Below, piece after piece: positions 1 through 7,761 of a stretch of 64,000 nucleotides of DNA. The position numbers and the translations under genes are program-made. The notes under the pieces were generated by a model, which was not told where the DNA came from, did no database searches, and worked only from the letters and a program-made list of their open reading frames with translations. Position 1 is the stretch's first letter. Each line of letters opens with the position of its first letter. This DNA is from an uncultured Candidatus Saccharibacteria bacterium (GTDB taxonomy: Bacteria; Patescibacteriota; Minisyncoccia; Phycocordibacterales; UBA6899), in contig CAYXYK010000003.1 of the NCBI GenBank assembly GCA_964469335.1, positions 132,674 to 196,673 on the forward strand, given 5' to 3'.

Positions 1-581
1 CGGGTCGAACGACCCCTTGAGGTAAGGCGGCCGAGGAGGGGCCGCACGCTTTGTAGGCATAGCAGCACTCCAAGAAAACATGTGAATGAACGAATTCCAC
101 TGTAGGCAGCCGGGAAGCATCACACTATCAGGTAACTCCAACCGCCGAAACGGAGGAGACATTAACACCCACAGTGAATGCGGGGGATTCGCCTTCGTGG
201 CCAGGTGTTGACACCGACTCGAGCGAAGCGCTGGTCCGAGCTCGCGCAGGGCGCCAGCGGAGGCACCGCAGTCACCGCGGACCACTCTGTCCCGAAGGAC
301 GAGCAGACCGACGCATAGCTTGCGCTATGAGGGAGACAGATTTCTCCCTACCTACCACCATACCTACCGAAGTAGGCTTACTATGATAGGACTTTTCATC
401 GACGAAAAAGGATCGTGACAATATGACGTGCATTCAAGCAGCTTCCCGGCTACCTTTGATCCGTGCTTACCCTAACAAATAGTGCGAAAAAAGGAAACAG
501 CACCACGATCCTCGACTTTTGTGTAGTCCCATAGTAGTTTCAGGTACGGAACAAGGGTCCTTTGATCGAAAGGAAAGTGAC

Positions 582-1106
582 ATGACAGGAATCGAAACGG
601 CAATCAAGCAGATGGGGGTGCCGATGTTCATCGCACAAGCGAAGAACGCATTCTTCGACGCGATGCTGGCGGGGTATGCGAGGAAAGGGGTCAAGGCGCG
701 ACCGATCGCACGACTTCCGGGCTCGCATGTGATCGAGTTCAAGAACGGCCCGTGGAAGGTCGTGGACGTTTACCACACCACGGTCGGCGAGATGAGCTAC
801 GGTACTACCCATCTCTCGTTCGAGGACACGCCGGTCTGGATGATGCAGTACTGGGGTGAATATCCGGAAGAGATGATCGCGACGCTGAAGCGCGCACTCT
901 CGCAGTCATACGTGAACGGCTTCTGGAACGGTGGCCGCGGTCCTGAGTGGTTCAAGGACGATGAGTTCGAATATCACAACGTCGTGGAGCGTGGCAGTTG
1001 CTTCGAAGTGAGCTCCACCGGCAAGGAGACCATCGTGCGGCGCGGAGAAGAACGCAGCGCCGACGGCTGGCACCGATACAACTCGCTCTGGCTGCTTCAG
1101 CTCTAG
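582..1106 (+). CDS. hypothetical protein
   Basis: Long ORF in frame with table ORF 519..1106. ATG at 582 sits 5 nt after AGGAAAG. No domain recognised. Confidence 0.45.
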   Translation: MTGIETAIKQMGVPMFIAQAKNAFFDAMLAGYARKGVKARPIARLPGSHVIEFKNGPWKVVDVYHTTVGEMSYGTTHLSFEDTPVWMMQYWGEYPEEMIATLKRALSQSYVNGFWNGGRGPEWFKDDEFEYHNVVERGSCFEVSSTGKETIVRRGEERSADGWHRYNSLWLLQL

Positions 1107-1189
1107 CGGTCACATCACGTTTTATTGACAGAAGGTCTCGCGACATATCGCGGGCCTTTTCTTTTTCTATGCCATGCTATACTTTTTTC

Positions 1190-1852
1190 ATGAAATTCCT
1201 CCTTACCTCATCCGGGCTCAAGAACGAGCGCCTCGCCAAGGCACTCGAAGAACTCGTCGGGAAACCACTCACCGAGACCTCACTTCTGTTCATTCCGACC
1301 GCAGGGAACACCTCGGTCGACGATCAGAACTGGCTGATCACCAACATCCTCGAGTTCCGCAAACATAACTTCAAGAATATCTCGATCATCGACATCGCAA
1401 TCCCGAAGGAGATGTGGGCACCACACTTCAAGAATGTCGACGTGATCTGCTTCGGCGGGGGCAATGAGAAGTACCTCGCGCGCATCATGGAGGAGCAGGG
1501 ATTCAAGGAGTACATCCTGCCGCACCTCGAGCACAAGGTATATATGGGTATCAGCGCAGGGAGCATGGTCGCCGGACATTTCCTCGAAGGTGGACTCACC
1601 AACGAACTGTTCCCGGAGGAAGATTTTGGGAGTGAGAACGGCAACCCGATGGGCATTCTCGACCTCATCTTCATTCCGCATATGAACTCGCAATTCTTCG
1701 AGAACGTACGGATCGACTTCCTCGAGAGCATCAAAGTGAAATTCAACAAACCGACCTATGCGACCGACGACGAGACCGCACTTTCGATCGATGGAACTTC
1801 CGTCACGATCGTCGGAGGGGGAGCGAGCTGGGTATATAAATCGGGCGAGTGA
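1190..1852 (+). CDS. peptidase S51 family protein (dipeptidase E / cyanophycinase-like)
   Basis: Motifs LLFIPTAG, ICFGGGNE and GISAGSMV are typical of S51 serine peptidases. ATG at 1190 is in frame with table ORF 998..1852. Confidence 0.55.
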   Translation: MKFLLTSSGLKNERLAKALEELVGKPLTETSLLFIPTAGNTSVDDQNWLITNILEFRKHNFKNISIIDIAIPKEMWAPHFKNVDVICFGGGNEKYLARIMEEQGFKEYILPHLEHKVYMGISAGSMVAGHFLEGGLTNELFPEEDFGSENGNPMGILDLIFIPHMNSQFFENVRIDFLESIKVKFNKPTYATDDETALSIDGTSVTIVGGGASWVYKSGE

Positions 1853-1872
1853 TCGGGGTAAACGGGAAAATG

Positions 1873-1900
1873 AAAAACCGCGATGGTGTCGCGGTCTTTT
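1873..1900. terminator. intrinsic terminator hairpin ACCGCGA-tggtg-TCGCGGT flanked by an A-run and a T-run (bidirectional)
   Basis: Perfect 7-bp stem with 5-nt loop between convergent genes. T-run follows on + strand and A-run precedes. Confidence 0.55.
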
Positions 1901-1917
1901 CGAACGGTCGAAGCCGG

Positions 1918-2298
1918 TCAAAGCGGAAGCAGGATGTCCACGCTCGCAGCGTGTAGTGCTTCACGAACCAGGTGTTCGATCTCGGCGGGAGTCTCATCTT
2001 CGCGGAGGATGATGACGTACTCCTCTCGTGCACCGATCCCGATCAGTGCCGAGCGAAGGTTTGCGGCGCGGGTCGCGCGGTCTTCGCCGCGATCGGCACC
2101 GGTCGAAGCGTAGCCACCGATGAGGATCATCACGTCGCGGTTGTTCTGTCTGACGTAGCGCCCGACGAGCTTGTCGCTCATCTGGAACAGGAGTCCTGAA
2201 ACGCCCCAGTACTCCGCGGACTCGGAGAGGAGTGCGAAGCGTTCGTGATTGGCCGGGTTCTCCTCGAGCACGACGATGTCAGTGATGGGGTAGTCCAT
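1918..2298 (-). CDS. hypothetical small protein, paralog A of a tandem pair
   Basis: 126-aa ORF. C-terminus (...VDILLPL) is similar to the downstream paralog (...VDVPLPL). Confidence 0.5.
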   Translation of the reverse strand: MDYPITDIVVLEENPANHERFALLSESAEYWGVSGLLFQMSDKLVGRYVRQNNRDVMILIGGYASTGADRGEDRATRAANLRSALIGIGAREEYVIILREDETPAEIEHLVREALHAASVDILLPL

Positions 2299-2394
2299 TG
2301 CAGTTTCCTTTTGGGTTGTGGGGGAATGAAAGAGCGGGTGTTTCCGCTAGTACTTATAACATTGTTTCTTGTTAAGTCAATCTCCATGAAAAAC

Positions 2395-2420
2395 GAAAAC
2401 CGCGATGGTGTCGCGGTTTC
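2395..2420. terminator. second copy of the hairpin AAAACCGCGATGGTGTCGCGGT
   Basis: Identical 22-nt core to the hairpin at 1873-1895, immediately downstream of paralog B. Confidence 0.5.
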
Positions 2421-2435
2421 GGGCGGGCGGGTCGA

Positions 2436-2810
2436 CTAGAGCGGAAGGGGCACGTCGACTTCGAGTGGGGTGCCGGTGTGGGCACAGATCTTGTGGCGCA
2501 TCAGCGCGGTGACCTCGTCCGGGCTTTCGTCGCCGGAGAGAGTGAGCACCTGGTGCGGCGACATCTTCCATGCGCCGGTGAGGAGTTGTTCGAACTCCCT
2601 GACGGCTTCCGGTCTGCCGGTACATGCGATGACGGCGAATGCCTGTTCGTGCCCGATGCGGCGGATGTCTTCGAGGCCGTCGCTCCGAGATGGGGCAAGC
2701 AGGAATCCGAGCTCGAAGGAGTTCGCGGCCCTGATGACCGAAGCCACCAGAGAGGAGTTCACCGGGCGGGAGTCGAAGTAGATGACGGAGAGCAGTCGGT
2801 AATTGGACAT
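2436..2810 (-). CDS. hypothetical small protein, paralog B of a tandem pair
   Basis: 124-aa ORF with the same length and C-terminal LPL ending as paralog A. Confidence 0.5.
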   Translation of the reverse strand: MSNYRLLSVIYFDSRPVNSSLVASVIRAANSFELGFLLAPSRSDGLEDIRRIGHEQAFAVIACTGRPEAVREFEQLLTGAWKMSPHQVLTLSGDESPDEVTALMRHKICAHTGTPLEVDVPLPL

Positions 2811-2862
2811 GGGTCGACCTTCCTTTCTTGGAGCGAGTTATTCAGAACAGAGACCTGACGAA

Positions 2863-2890
2863 ACTCTACAGTGGTATTTTGGTTCGTCAA
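2863..2890 (-). promoter_or_regulatory. putative sigma70-type promoter for paralog B
   Basis: Read on the minus strand: -35 TTGACG (2885-2890), 16-nt spacer, -10 TAGAGT (2863-2868). Confidence 0.3.
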
Positions 2891-2901
2891 GGTTATGAAA
2901 A

Positions 2902-2925
2902 GCCGCCACGAAGGTTCGTGGCGGC
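2902..2925 (-). terminator. intrinsic terminator for gene 2930..3520
   Basis: Hairpin GCCGCCACGAA-gg-TTCGTGGCGGC followed by a T-run on the minus strand. Confidence 0.5.
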
Positions 2926-2929
2926 GATG

Positions 2930-3520
2930 CTACTTGGTTTTGAAGTAGCGGTCGATACAAAAGGTCGTTCCGTCCGAGGTCGGCGTGAGCGCATAGCCCT
3001 CTTCGTGGCCGATCTCTTCCGAGAGCATCATCGGTGCACCGGGCACCATCGGGCGGAGCCAGAGCCTGTGTCTCCTGCACATCGACTCGAGTTCGTCGAC
3101 GAACGCGGTGACACTCAGGGCGGCGCTGTCGCGCCAGGGAAGTTCCGGCCACAGTACTTCGGCGATCTTGCGCGCCGCACGGATCATGTAGAAGATGCGC
3201 TCTTCCGGTTCTTCGTCGCGGATGAGGTCGAAGTCGCGCACCTCACGGGTCACCGCGGGAAGCGGCAGTCCGAAGGTCTTGCACACCTCCTCGGCCGTGG
3301 TCGCACCGCAGACATCGCGGAGGAGTCCGCCGGGTTCGCGCACGAGTGCATGGCGGATCACGTCGCCTTCCATCAGCCCGATGAGCGGCCAGCCGAGTCC
3401 TTCGTGGAGGGCGCGTGCGAATGCGTAGCACTCGCCGTCGAGATACCGCGCAACAGCGATATGGTGCAGGCATTCCCAGGCCTCCGTGTCTTCTTTGAGT
3501 GGGTGGATCTTTGTCGGCAT
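2930..3520 (-). CDS. hypothetical protein
   Basis: 196-aa ORF, probably co-transcribed with 3537..3809. No domain recognised. Confidence 0.5.
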   Translation of the reverse strand: MPTKIHPLKEDTEAWECLHHIAVARYLDGECYAFARALHEGLGWPLIGLMEGDVIRHALVREPGGLLRDVCGATTAEEVCKTFGLPLPAVTREVRDFDLIRDEEPEERIFYMIRAARKIAEVLWPELPWRDSAALSVTAFVDELESMCRRHRLWLRPMVPGAPMMLSEEIGHEEGYALTPTSDGTTFCIDRYFKTK

Positions 3521-3536
3521 CTTGCCTCCCTGTTGT

Positions 3537-3809
3537 TCAGGTCTCGATCAGTTCGCAGTCGGTCTTCTTGAAGCTCGCGATGCGGCCGAAGTGCTTCTTC
3601 CAGTAATCGGCGGCGCTTTGCCGGTCGGCTTTCGCCATCGCGATCACCACGTCGAGCGGCATCACGTAGTAGCGGCCGTCGTCGGGAACTTTGCCAAGCT
3701 CGCGTCGCACTGCTGCTTCATCGATCGGGACGGTGATCCCGACGAACGCTCTGCGCTTGTCCTCTGGGTGATCGCTTTCGGGGAGTCGGATGATGTGGAT
3801 GTTGTACAT
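3537..3809 (-). CDS. hypothetical small protein
   Basis: 90-aa ORF upstream of 2930..3520 on the same strand. Confidence 0.45.
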   Translation of the reverse strand: MYNIHIIRLPESDHPEDKRRAFVGITVPIDEAAVRRELGKVPDDGRYYVMPLDVVIAMAKADRQSAADYWKKHFGRIASFKKTDCELIET

Positions 3810-3854
3810 CGCAATCCTTTCTTTTGCAGTTGATTAGAACAGTATGCTGCTCGA

Positions 3855-3883
3855 AAACTACCACACATTTATGGTCCGTCAAT
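3855..3883 (-). promoter_or_regulatory. putative sigma70-type promoter for 3537..3809
   Basis: Minus strand: -35 TTGACG (3878-3883), 17-nt spacer, -10 TAGTTT (3855-3860). The flank CCGTCAATCT recurs at 5996 and 8216. Confidence 0.3.
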
Positions 3884-3917
3884 CTGCGGGATGCGGCGGA
3901 GCGTGTAGGATGGGGGA

Positions 3918-4334
3918 ATGAATGTCGAAGTAACTAAGGTTCCGCTCGTCGACTCGCTCGCATCCGGGAATGATTTCCTCGAAGCGGAGCATACCCTCGC
4001 GATGATACCGATACCGTCGAAGATGCTGAAGCACGGCGAGAAGTATTTCCTCGTGCGCGCCGAAGACCACTCGCTCAACCTTGCCGAAGTCGGTGGCACC
4101 AAAGTGAAGATCTTCACCTATGCGCTCGTGCGTCGTACCCGCACCGCAGAGCATGGAGACATAGTAGTGGCATGCCATAAAGGTGCGCTTACGATACGTG
4201 TGTACGAGAACGCGCACGGCATCGAGATCCTCCGTCCACGCTCGAGTGATGAAACGTTCGTCACCACCGTCCTCACCGAGCTGTGCGATGTGAAGGGTGT
4301 GGTCGTTGCCATTCTCCCTTCAAACCTCTATTAA
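3918..4334 (+). CDS. hypothetical protein
   Basis: 138-aa ORF. A -10-like TGTAGGAT box (3904-3911) lies 6 nt before the ATG, suggesting a leaderless mRNA. Confidence 0.5.
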   Translation: MNVEVTKVPLVDSLASGNDFLEAEHTLAMIPIPSKMLKHGEKYFLVRAEDHSLNLAEVGGTKVKIFTYALVRRTRTAEHGDIVVACHKGALTIRVYENAHGIEILRPRSSDETFVTTVLTELCDVKGVVVAILPSNLY

Positions 4335-4512
4335 GGACCTTTGTGCATGGCGAACTCCTTTGTTATAAGACGAAACACTTATGCCTCTGCCTCCTTACAG
4401 GAGCTGTACACCTTTTGGATTTCTCAGAAGAAATCTCATAAGGTCTTGAGGAATGGGTCCCAGCCCATTCCCTCACTCCGTGCCTCGGATTTCACTCATT
4501 TACAAAGGTCCT
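4333..4512. repeat. MITE-like element with 11-bp terminal inverted repeats AGGACCTTTGT ... ACAAAGGTCCT
   Basis: Inverted repeats at 4334-4344 and 4502-4512 flank 155 bp that contain two internal hairpins (GATTTCT/AGAAATC and GAATGGG/CCCATTC). Lies between a stop codon and the next promoter. Confidence 0.4.
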
Positions 4513-4570
4513 GCAGATAATAAACAAAAACCTTCGCGACGAGTGCTACGTGTTTCGCTATAATTAACTT

Positions 4571-5335
4571 ATGAAAAATTCTTTTGCAAAGGTCATTCCG
4601 ATGTTGGTAGCATTCTTTGCGGTAGTTGTGCTTGGAGTGTACGTCTATCTCTCGCAGCATCCAGAGCTCACTAATCCTCCGGTCATTATTTCGACAATGC
4701 CGCCCAGCGAAGAACCGGTCGCAAATGATCCGTCGACTTCGACTCCTCCCGTTACAGTGCGACCACCGACACCGCCGACACAGACGCCGTTCCTTCCGTA
4801 TGGCGATGTCACGCTCAAGCTCGGGCAGCTTGCGGTGTTCAAAGATATCACTGTGCGCGCAGTTGAAGTTGTAGAAGACAGTCGCTGCCCGAAGGACGTG
4901 CAGTGTATTCAAGCGGGGACCGTGCGCCTCAAGGTTGATATTGCTGCAGCTCTGGGGACTGCTCCGAGCATTATCACGCTCGGCAGAGTCTTTACCACCG
5001 AAGGAGAAGCAATCACGCTCTCGGCAGTGACGCCCGAAAAGAATTCGAAGGTCACGATTGGGAATTCCGATTATCGCTTCACTCTCCATGTCGTCAAACA
5101 GTCTGTTGTGGTGACTCCAACTCCCGATCAGAAAGGGAAGTGCTATGTCGGTGGCTGCTCAGCGCAACTGTGTACCGACCAGCCTGATATGGTATCGAAC
5201 TGTATGTATACCGCCGCCTATGCCTGCTACAAAACTGCTTCTTGTGAGCGCCAGCCAAGCGGCCAATGCGGATGGACTCCATCGAAAGAACTCTCCGCCT
5301 GCCTCCTCGAAGCTGACGGAAAGGCAACGATGTAA
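4571..5335 (+). CDS. membrane-anchored secreted protein with Pro/Thr-rich linker and Cys-rich C-terminal domain
   Basis: N-terminal hydrophobic segment followed by a PT-rich stretch and 9 Cys in the last 60 aa. TATAAT (4559-4564) lies 6 nt before the ATG. Confidence 0.55.
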   Translation: MKNSFAKVIPMLVAFFAVVVLGVYVYLSQHPELTNPPVIISTMPPSEEPVANDPSTSTPPVTVRPPTPPTQTPFLPYGDVTLKLGQLAVFKDITVRAVEVVEDSRCPKDVQCIQAGTVRLKVDIAAALGTAPSIITLGRVFTTEGEAITLSAVTPEKNSKVTIGNSDYRFTLHVVKQSVVVTPTPDQKGKCYVGGCSAQLCTDQPDMVSNCMYTAAYACYKTASCERQPSGQCGWTPSKELSACLLEADGKATM

Positions 5336-5413
5336 ATCTGTTTTTTGCAGCAACTCTTCGCCCCAAACTCTGCATCCAAAACTGCCAACGACAAGTTCGC
5401 TAGGGAAAAGAGC

Positions 5414-5436
5414 AACCCGCCGTTGTGGGGCGGGTT
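5414..5436 (-). terminator. intrinsic terminator for 5443..5919
   Basis: Hairpin AACCCGCC-gttgtgg-GGCGGGTT with a T-rich tract on the minus strand. Confidence 0.45.
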
Positions 5437-5442
5437 GTGAAA

Positions 5443-5919
5443 TCATGCAAGACGTTCGAGGAATCCCTGAACGATGCGATCGTATGCAGGACGGAACGGA
5501 GCGAAGAACGGGTCGTCGGGCGTCGAAGTGACAAAGATGCCGAAACCGAACTCATCGGCGGGTCGCTCATGATGAACGCTGATCTTCACCTCTGTGACGG
5601 TCGCCAGAGGCGAGATGGCGTGCAGTTTGACCTGCGTCAGGAACTTCTCTGCCATGCCTCCGCGCGTTTCCCACTTGCCGAGCTTGGGCCCGCGCAGGAA
5701 ACGTGCGATGCGTCCCTGTTCACGGAAGTAGACAGGGGTTGCGATCACGCCTTGATCGGGGACGTACGTGTCGCCTTCGTGCGCTGTCCCTCGCGCGGTG
5801 TTGTAGCTTTGTGCCTGCCACTTGGTGCTGTAGTCGACACTGAACGTGGCAGAATTGCGGAATGCGTCGAGGATCTCGCGCCCGAGAAATGGGCGGGGGA
5901 GTCGGATGATGACGGCCAT
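5443..5919 (-). CDS. hypothetical protein
   Basis: Table ORF 5443..5961. Internal Met (MAVIIRL) at 5919 is the preferred start. Confidence 0.4.
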   Translation of the reverse strand: MAVIIRLPRPFLGREILDAFRNSATFSVDYSTKWQAQSYNTARGTAHEGDTYVPDQGVIATPVYFREQGRIARFLRGPKLGKWETRGGMAEKFLTQVKLHAISPLATVTEVKISVHHERPADEFGFGIFVTSTPDDPFFAPFRPAYDRIVQGFLERLA

Positions 5920-5974
5920 GGAAAGATCTCCTATTGTTGTTGTATGCATGTGTGGGTGCATACTCCCGATTTCA

Positions 5975-6002
5975 TAATAACACTAAAATATAGACCCGTC
6001 AA
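5975..6002 (-). promoter_or_regulatory. putative sigma70-type promoter for 5443..5919
   Basis: Minus strand: -35 TTGACG (5997-6002), 16-nt spacer, -10 TATTTT (5975-5980). Confidence 0.3.
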
Positions 6003-6032
6003 TCTCAACGAGTCCAATTCTGAGGTGAATTA

Positions 6033-6061
6033 TTGACGAAAGCGGTAGAATATGATATAAA
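6033..6061 (+). promoter_or_regulatory. sigma70-type promoter TTGACG-N17-TATAAA for 6088..6363
   Basis: Near-consensus boxes. AGGAGG lies 2 nt before the ATG at 6088. Confidence 0.4.
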
Positions 6062-6087
6062 ACTATCAGTCTACACCACAGGAGGCC

Positions 6088-6363
6088 ATGATGGCACGTC
6101 AGACGATCGAAACCCGCGCCCTCGAACGGTACTACCAGTTCCTGCGGCGCCTCGAGGCGGAAGACCTCGCGAACGACGACCTCGACGCTCCGTGCGATCG
6201 GGCCGAGCGGCGCACGCGCGCGCTGAAGCACTCGAACCAGCTCAGGCTCGCCTGGCACGTGCGCGACCGACACGGACGCGACGCACTCGAGGAGTTCTCG
6301 TTCTGGATGGAAGCGATGGCCGGAATGGCGGTCATGCTCGAAGTCTCGCTCATGGCAGCGTGA
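6088..6363 (+). CDS. hypothetical small Arg-rich protein
   Basis: 91-aa ORF with its own promoter, SD and strong terminator. Confidence 0.45.
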   Translation: MMARQTIETRALERYYQFLRRLEAEDLANDDLDAPCDRAERRTRALKHSNQLRLAWHVRDRHGRDALEEFSFWMEAMAGMAVMLEVSLMAA

Positions 6364-6367
6364 CAAC

Positions 6368-6403
6368 GGGGTAGGTCAGACGACCTACCCCGATTCTTTT
6401 TTT
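6368..6403 (+). terminator. intrinsic terminator
   Basis: Hairpin GGGGTAGGTC-agac-GACCTACCCC followed by T8. Confidence 0.6.
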
Positions 6404-6465
6404 ATATCGCCAACCCAAACACGAACCCACCCCAATAACCCCAACCCAACCGCCTTCGCAACTTC
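6404..6465. repeat. C/A-rich low-complexity tract with AACCC/CCCAA-type repeats
   Basis: Sequence caacccaaacacgaacccaccccaataaccccaacccaacc lies between terminator and promoter. Confidence 0.3.
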
Positions 6466-6503
6466 GATTCGGGGGTGTAGGATTGGGTGAAATAATACTG
6501 TAT

Positions 6504-7016
6504 ATGAAATTCATCCAGATCAACGGGCCATCGTGTGTGGGAAAAAGCACCATCGTGAAGCATATCCTCGATGAGAAGCCGCATTACTACAAAGTCTCGT
6601 ATGATGCGCTCAAGTGGGGGTTCTCTCAGTACAAAGCGGACGAACACTTTGACGATGTGCGTGCATTGGTCCGCGGTCTCGCCGAAGCAGTTTGCAAGAT
6701 CGAGTACAATATCGTCTGTGACTCCGGCATGCATCTCGCGACTCGCGAACAACTATTCGAAATCGCACGACGCTACAACTACGAGATCATCGAAATAAAC
6801 CTCGAAGCGGAGTATGATGTACTTCGCCAACGCTTTGAGGCGCGAATGGAGAGCGCAGCGGCAGATCCCGCGAGAAAGATCTCGAACAAGAATCCTGAGC
6901 GCCACCGCGAACTCTTCGATATCTATCAGGCTGAGAAGAATCCGAATGCGATCACACTGCGCACCGACCTTCTGAGCGAAGACGAGATCGCCAAACAAGT
7001 CCTCGCCCTCGCATAA
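6504..7016 (+). CDS. P-loop NTPase / small-molecule kinase-like protein (AAA_33 / zeta-toxin-like fold)
   Basis: Walker A motif INGPSCVGKST near the N-terminus. ATG at 6504 is preferred over TTG at 6483. Confidence 0.5.
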   Translation: MKFIQINGPSCVGKSTIVKHILDEKPHYYKVSYDALKWGFSQYKADEHFDDVRALVRGLAEAVCKIEYNIVCDSGMHLATREQLFEIARRYNYEIIEINLEAEYDVLRQRFEARMESAAADPARKISNKNPERHRELFDIYQAEKNPNAITLRTDLLSEDEIAKQVLALA

Positions 7017-7021
7017 AAGAA

Positions 7022-7043
7022 CTGCCCCGCGGGTGCGGGGCAG
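7022..7043. terminator. hairpin CTGCCCCGC-gggt-GCGGGGCAG (family copy 1)
   Basis: Functions as a terminator for minus-strand gene 7057..7335 (a T-rich tract follows on the minus strand). A near-identical copy lies at 7727-7748. Confidence 0.5.
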
Positions 7044-7056
7044 TGGGGGGGGCGGG

Positions 7057-7335
7057 TCAGGAGAACAAGCTGGTGAACCAGTTCCGGAAGGAGAACGCAA
7101 AGCGCTCTTCCGCGATGCGGGGCCGGAATTCACTCTCGGCGCGAGCAACGATGTCGGCAACGTCTTCCATCAGCGCGTTGCGGTCGGCTTCGCTCATGGC
7201 CGAGATGACGGCTTCGAAGCGCGGATCACGGGCGAGTTTCCCGTACAGCGTGAACGATGCCGATTCAGCGGCGGTCTGCGGCTGGAACTTGGCTTCGCCG
7301 CAGCTGCGCATGAGGTAGCGGTTGAACAGATTCAT
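7057..7335 (-). CDS. hypothetical small protein
   Basis: 92-aa ORF. Confidence 0.4.
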   Translation of the reverse strand: MNLFNRYLMRSCGEAKFQPQTAAESASFTLYGKLARDPRFEAVISAMSEADRNALMEDVADIVARAESEFRPRIAEERFAFSFRNWFTSLFS

Positions 7336-7354
7336 CGAACTCTCCTTCGGTAGG

Positions 7355-7588
7355 TCAGCGGTGGATCTTGGCAGGCACGAGCTTCTTGGCGCGGCTGCGT
7401 GCGCGGCAGATCATCTCGGTCGAGAGCGAGAGCGCGCCGGGCAGGATCGCGAGCGACAGGAATGGCGCAGCGGCGGCCGAGTTCGCCGTGACGAAGTAGT
7501 AGCCGGCGATGAGGCCGAGCACAGCGAAGCAGGCGAAGAAGATGACCGAGATGCGATTGAAGCCGTAGATCGTCGGGTAGTGGTCCAT
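7355..7588 (-). CDS. small membrane protein (2 predicted TM helices)
   Basis: 77-aa hydrophobic ORF directly upstream of 7057..7335. Confidence 0.4.
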   Translation of the reverse strand: MDHYPTIYGFNRISVIFFACFAVLGLIAGYYFVTANSAAAAPFLSLAILPGALSLSTEMICRARSRAKKLVPAKIHR

Positions 7589-7726
7589 GGAGTCTCCTTG
7601 GAAAGAGCATTCATTGGCGACATGCCGATGAGTCAGCTCGGTTGATGACGTATGAATAATAACACTTTATTATCCATACGTCAATTGTCTCACTTCGCTC
7701 ATGTCCCAACCTTATATATAAAAGAA

Positions 7727-7748
7727 CTGCCCCGCGGATGCGGGGCAG
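7727..7748. terminator. hairpin CTGCCCCGC-ggat-GCGGGGCAG (family copy 2)
   Basis: About 35 nt (ataaaagaactgccccgcgg.tgcggggcag) match the copy at 7014-7048. Overlaps the end of 7762..8148. Confidence 0.5.
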
Positions 7749-7761
7749 GGGGTGAATGTGG

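Noticed and set aside
174-386. 70-aa ORF near the window start
   Set aside because: Arg-rich nonsense in a high-GC noncoding stretch with no start signals.
1-400. RNase P RNA (rnpB) at the window start
   Set aside because: Only two 9-mer matches to E. coli M1 RNA, in the wrong order, and these are expected by chance. The conserved GGUAAGAGC and P4 strands are missing.
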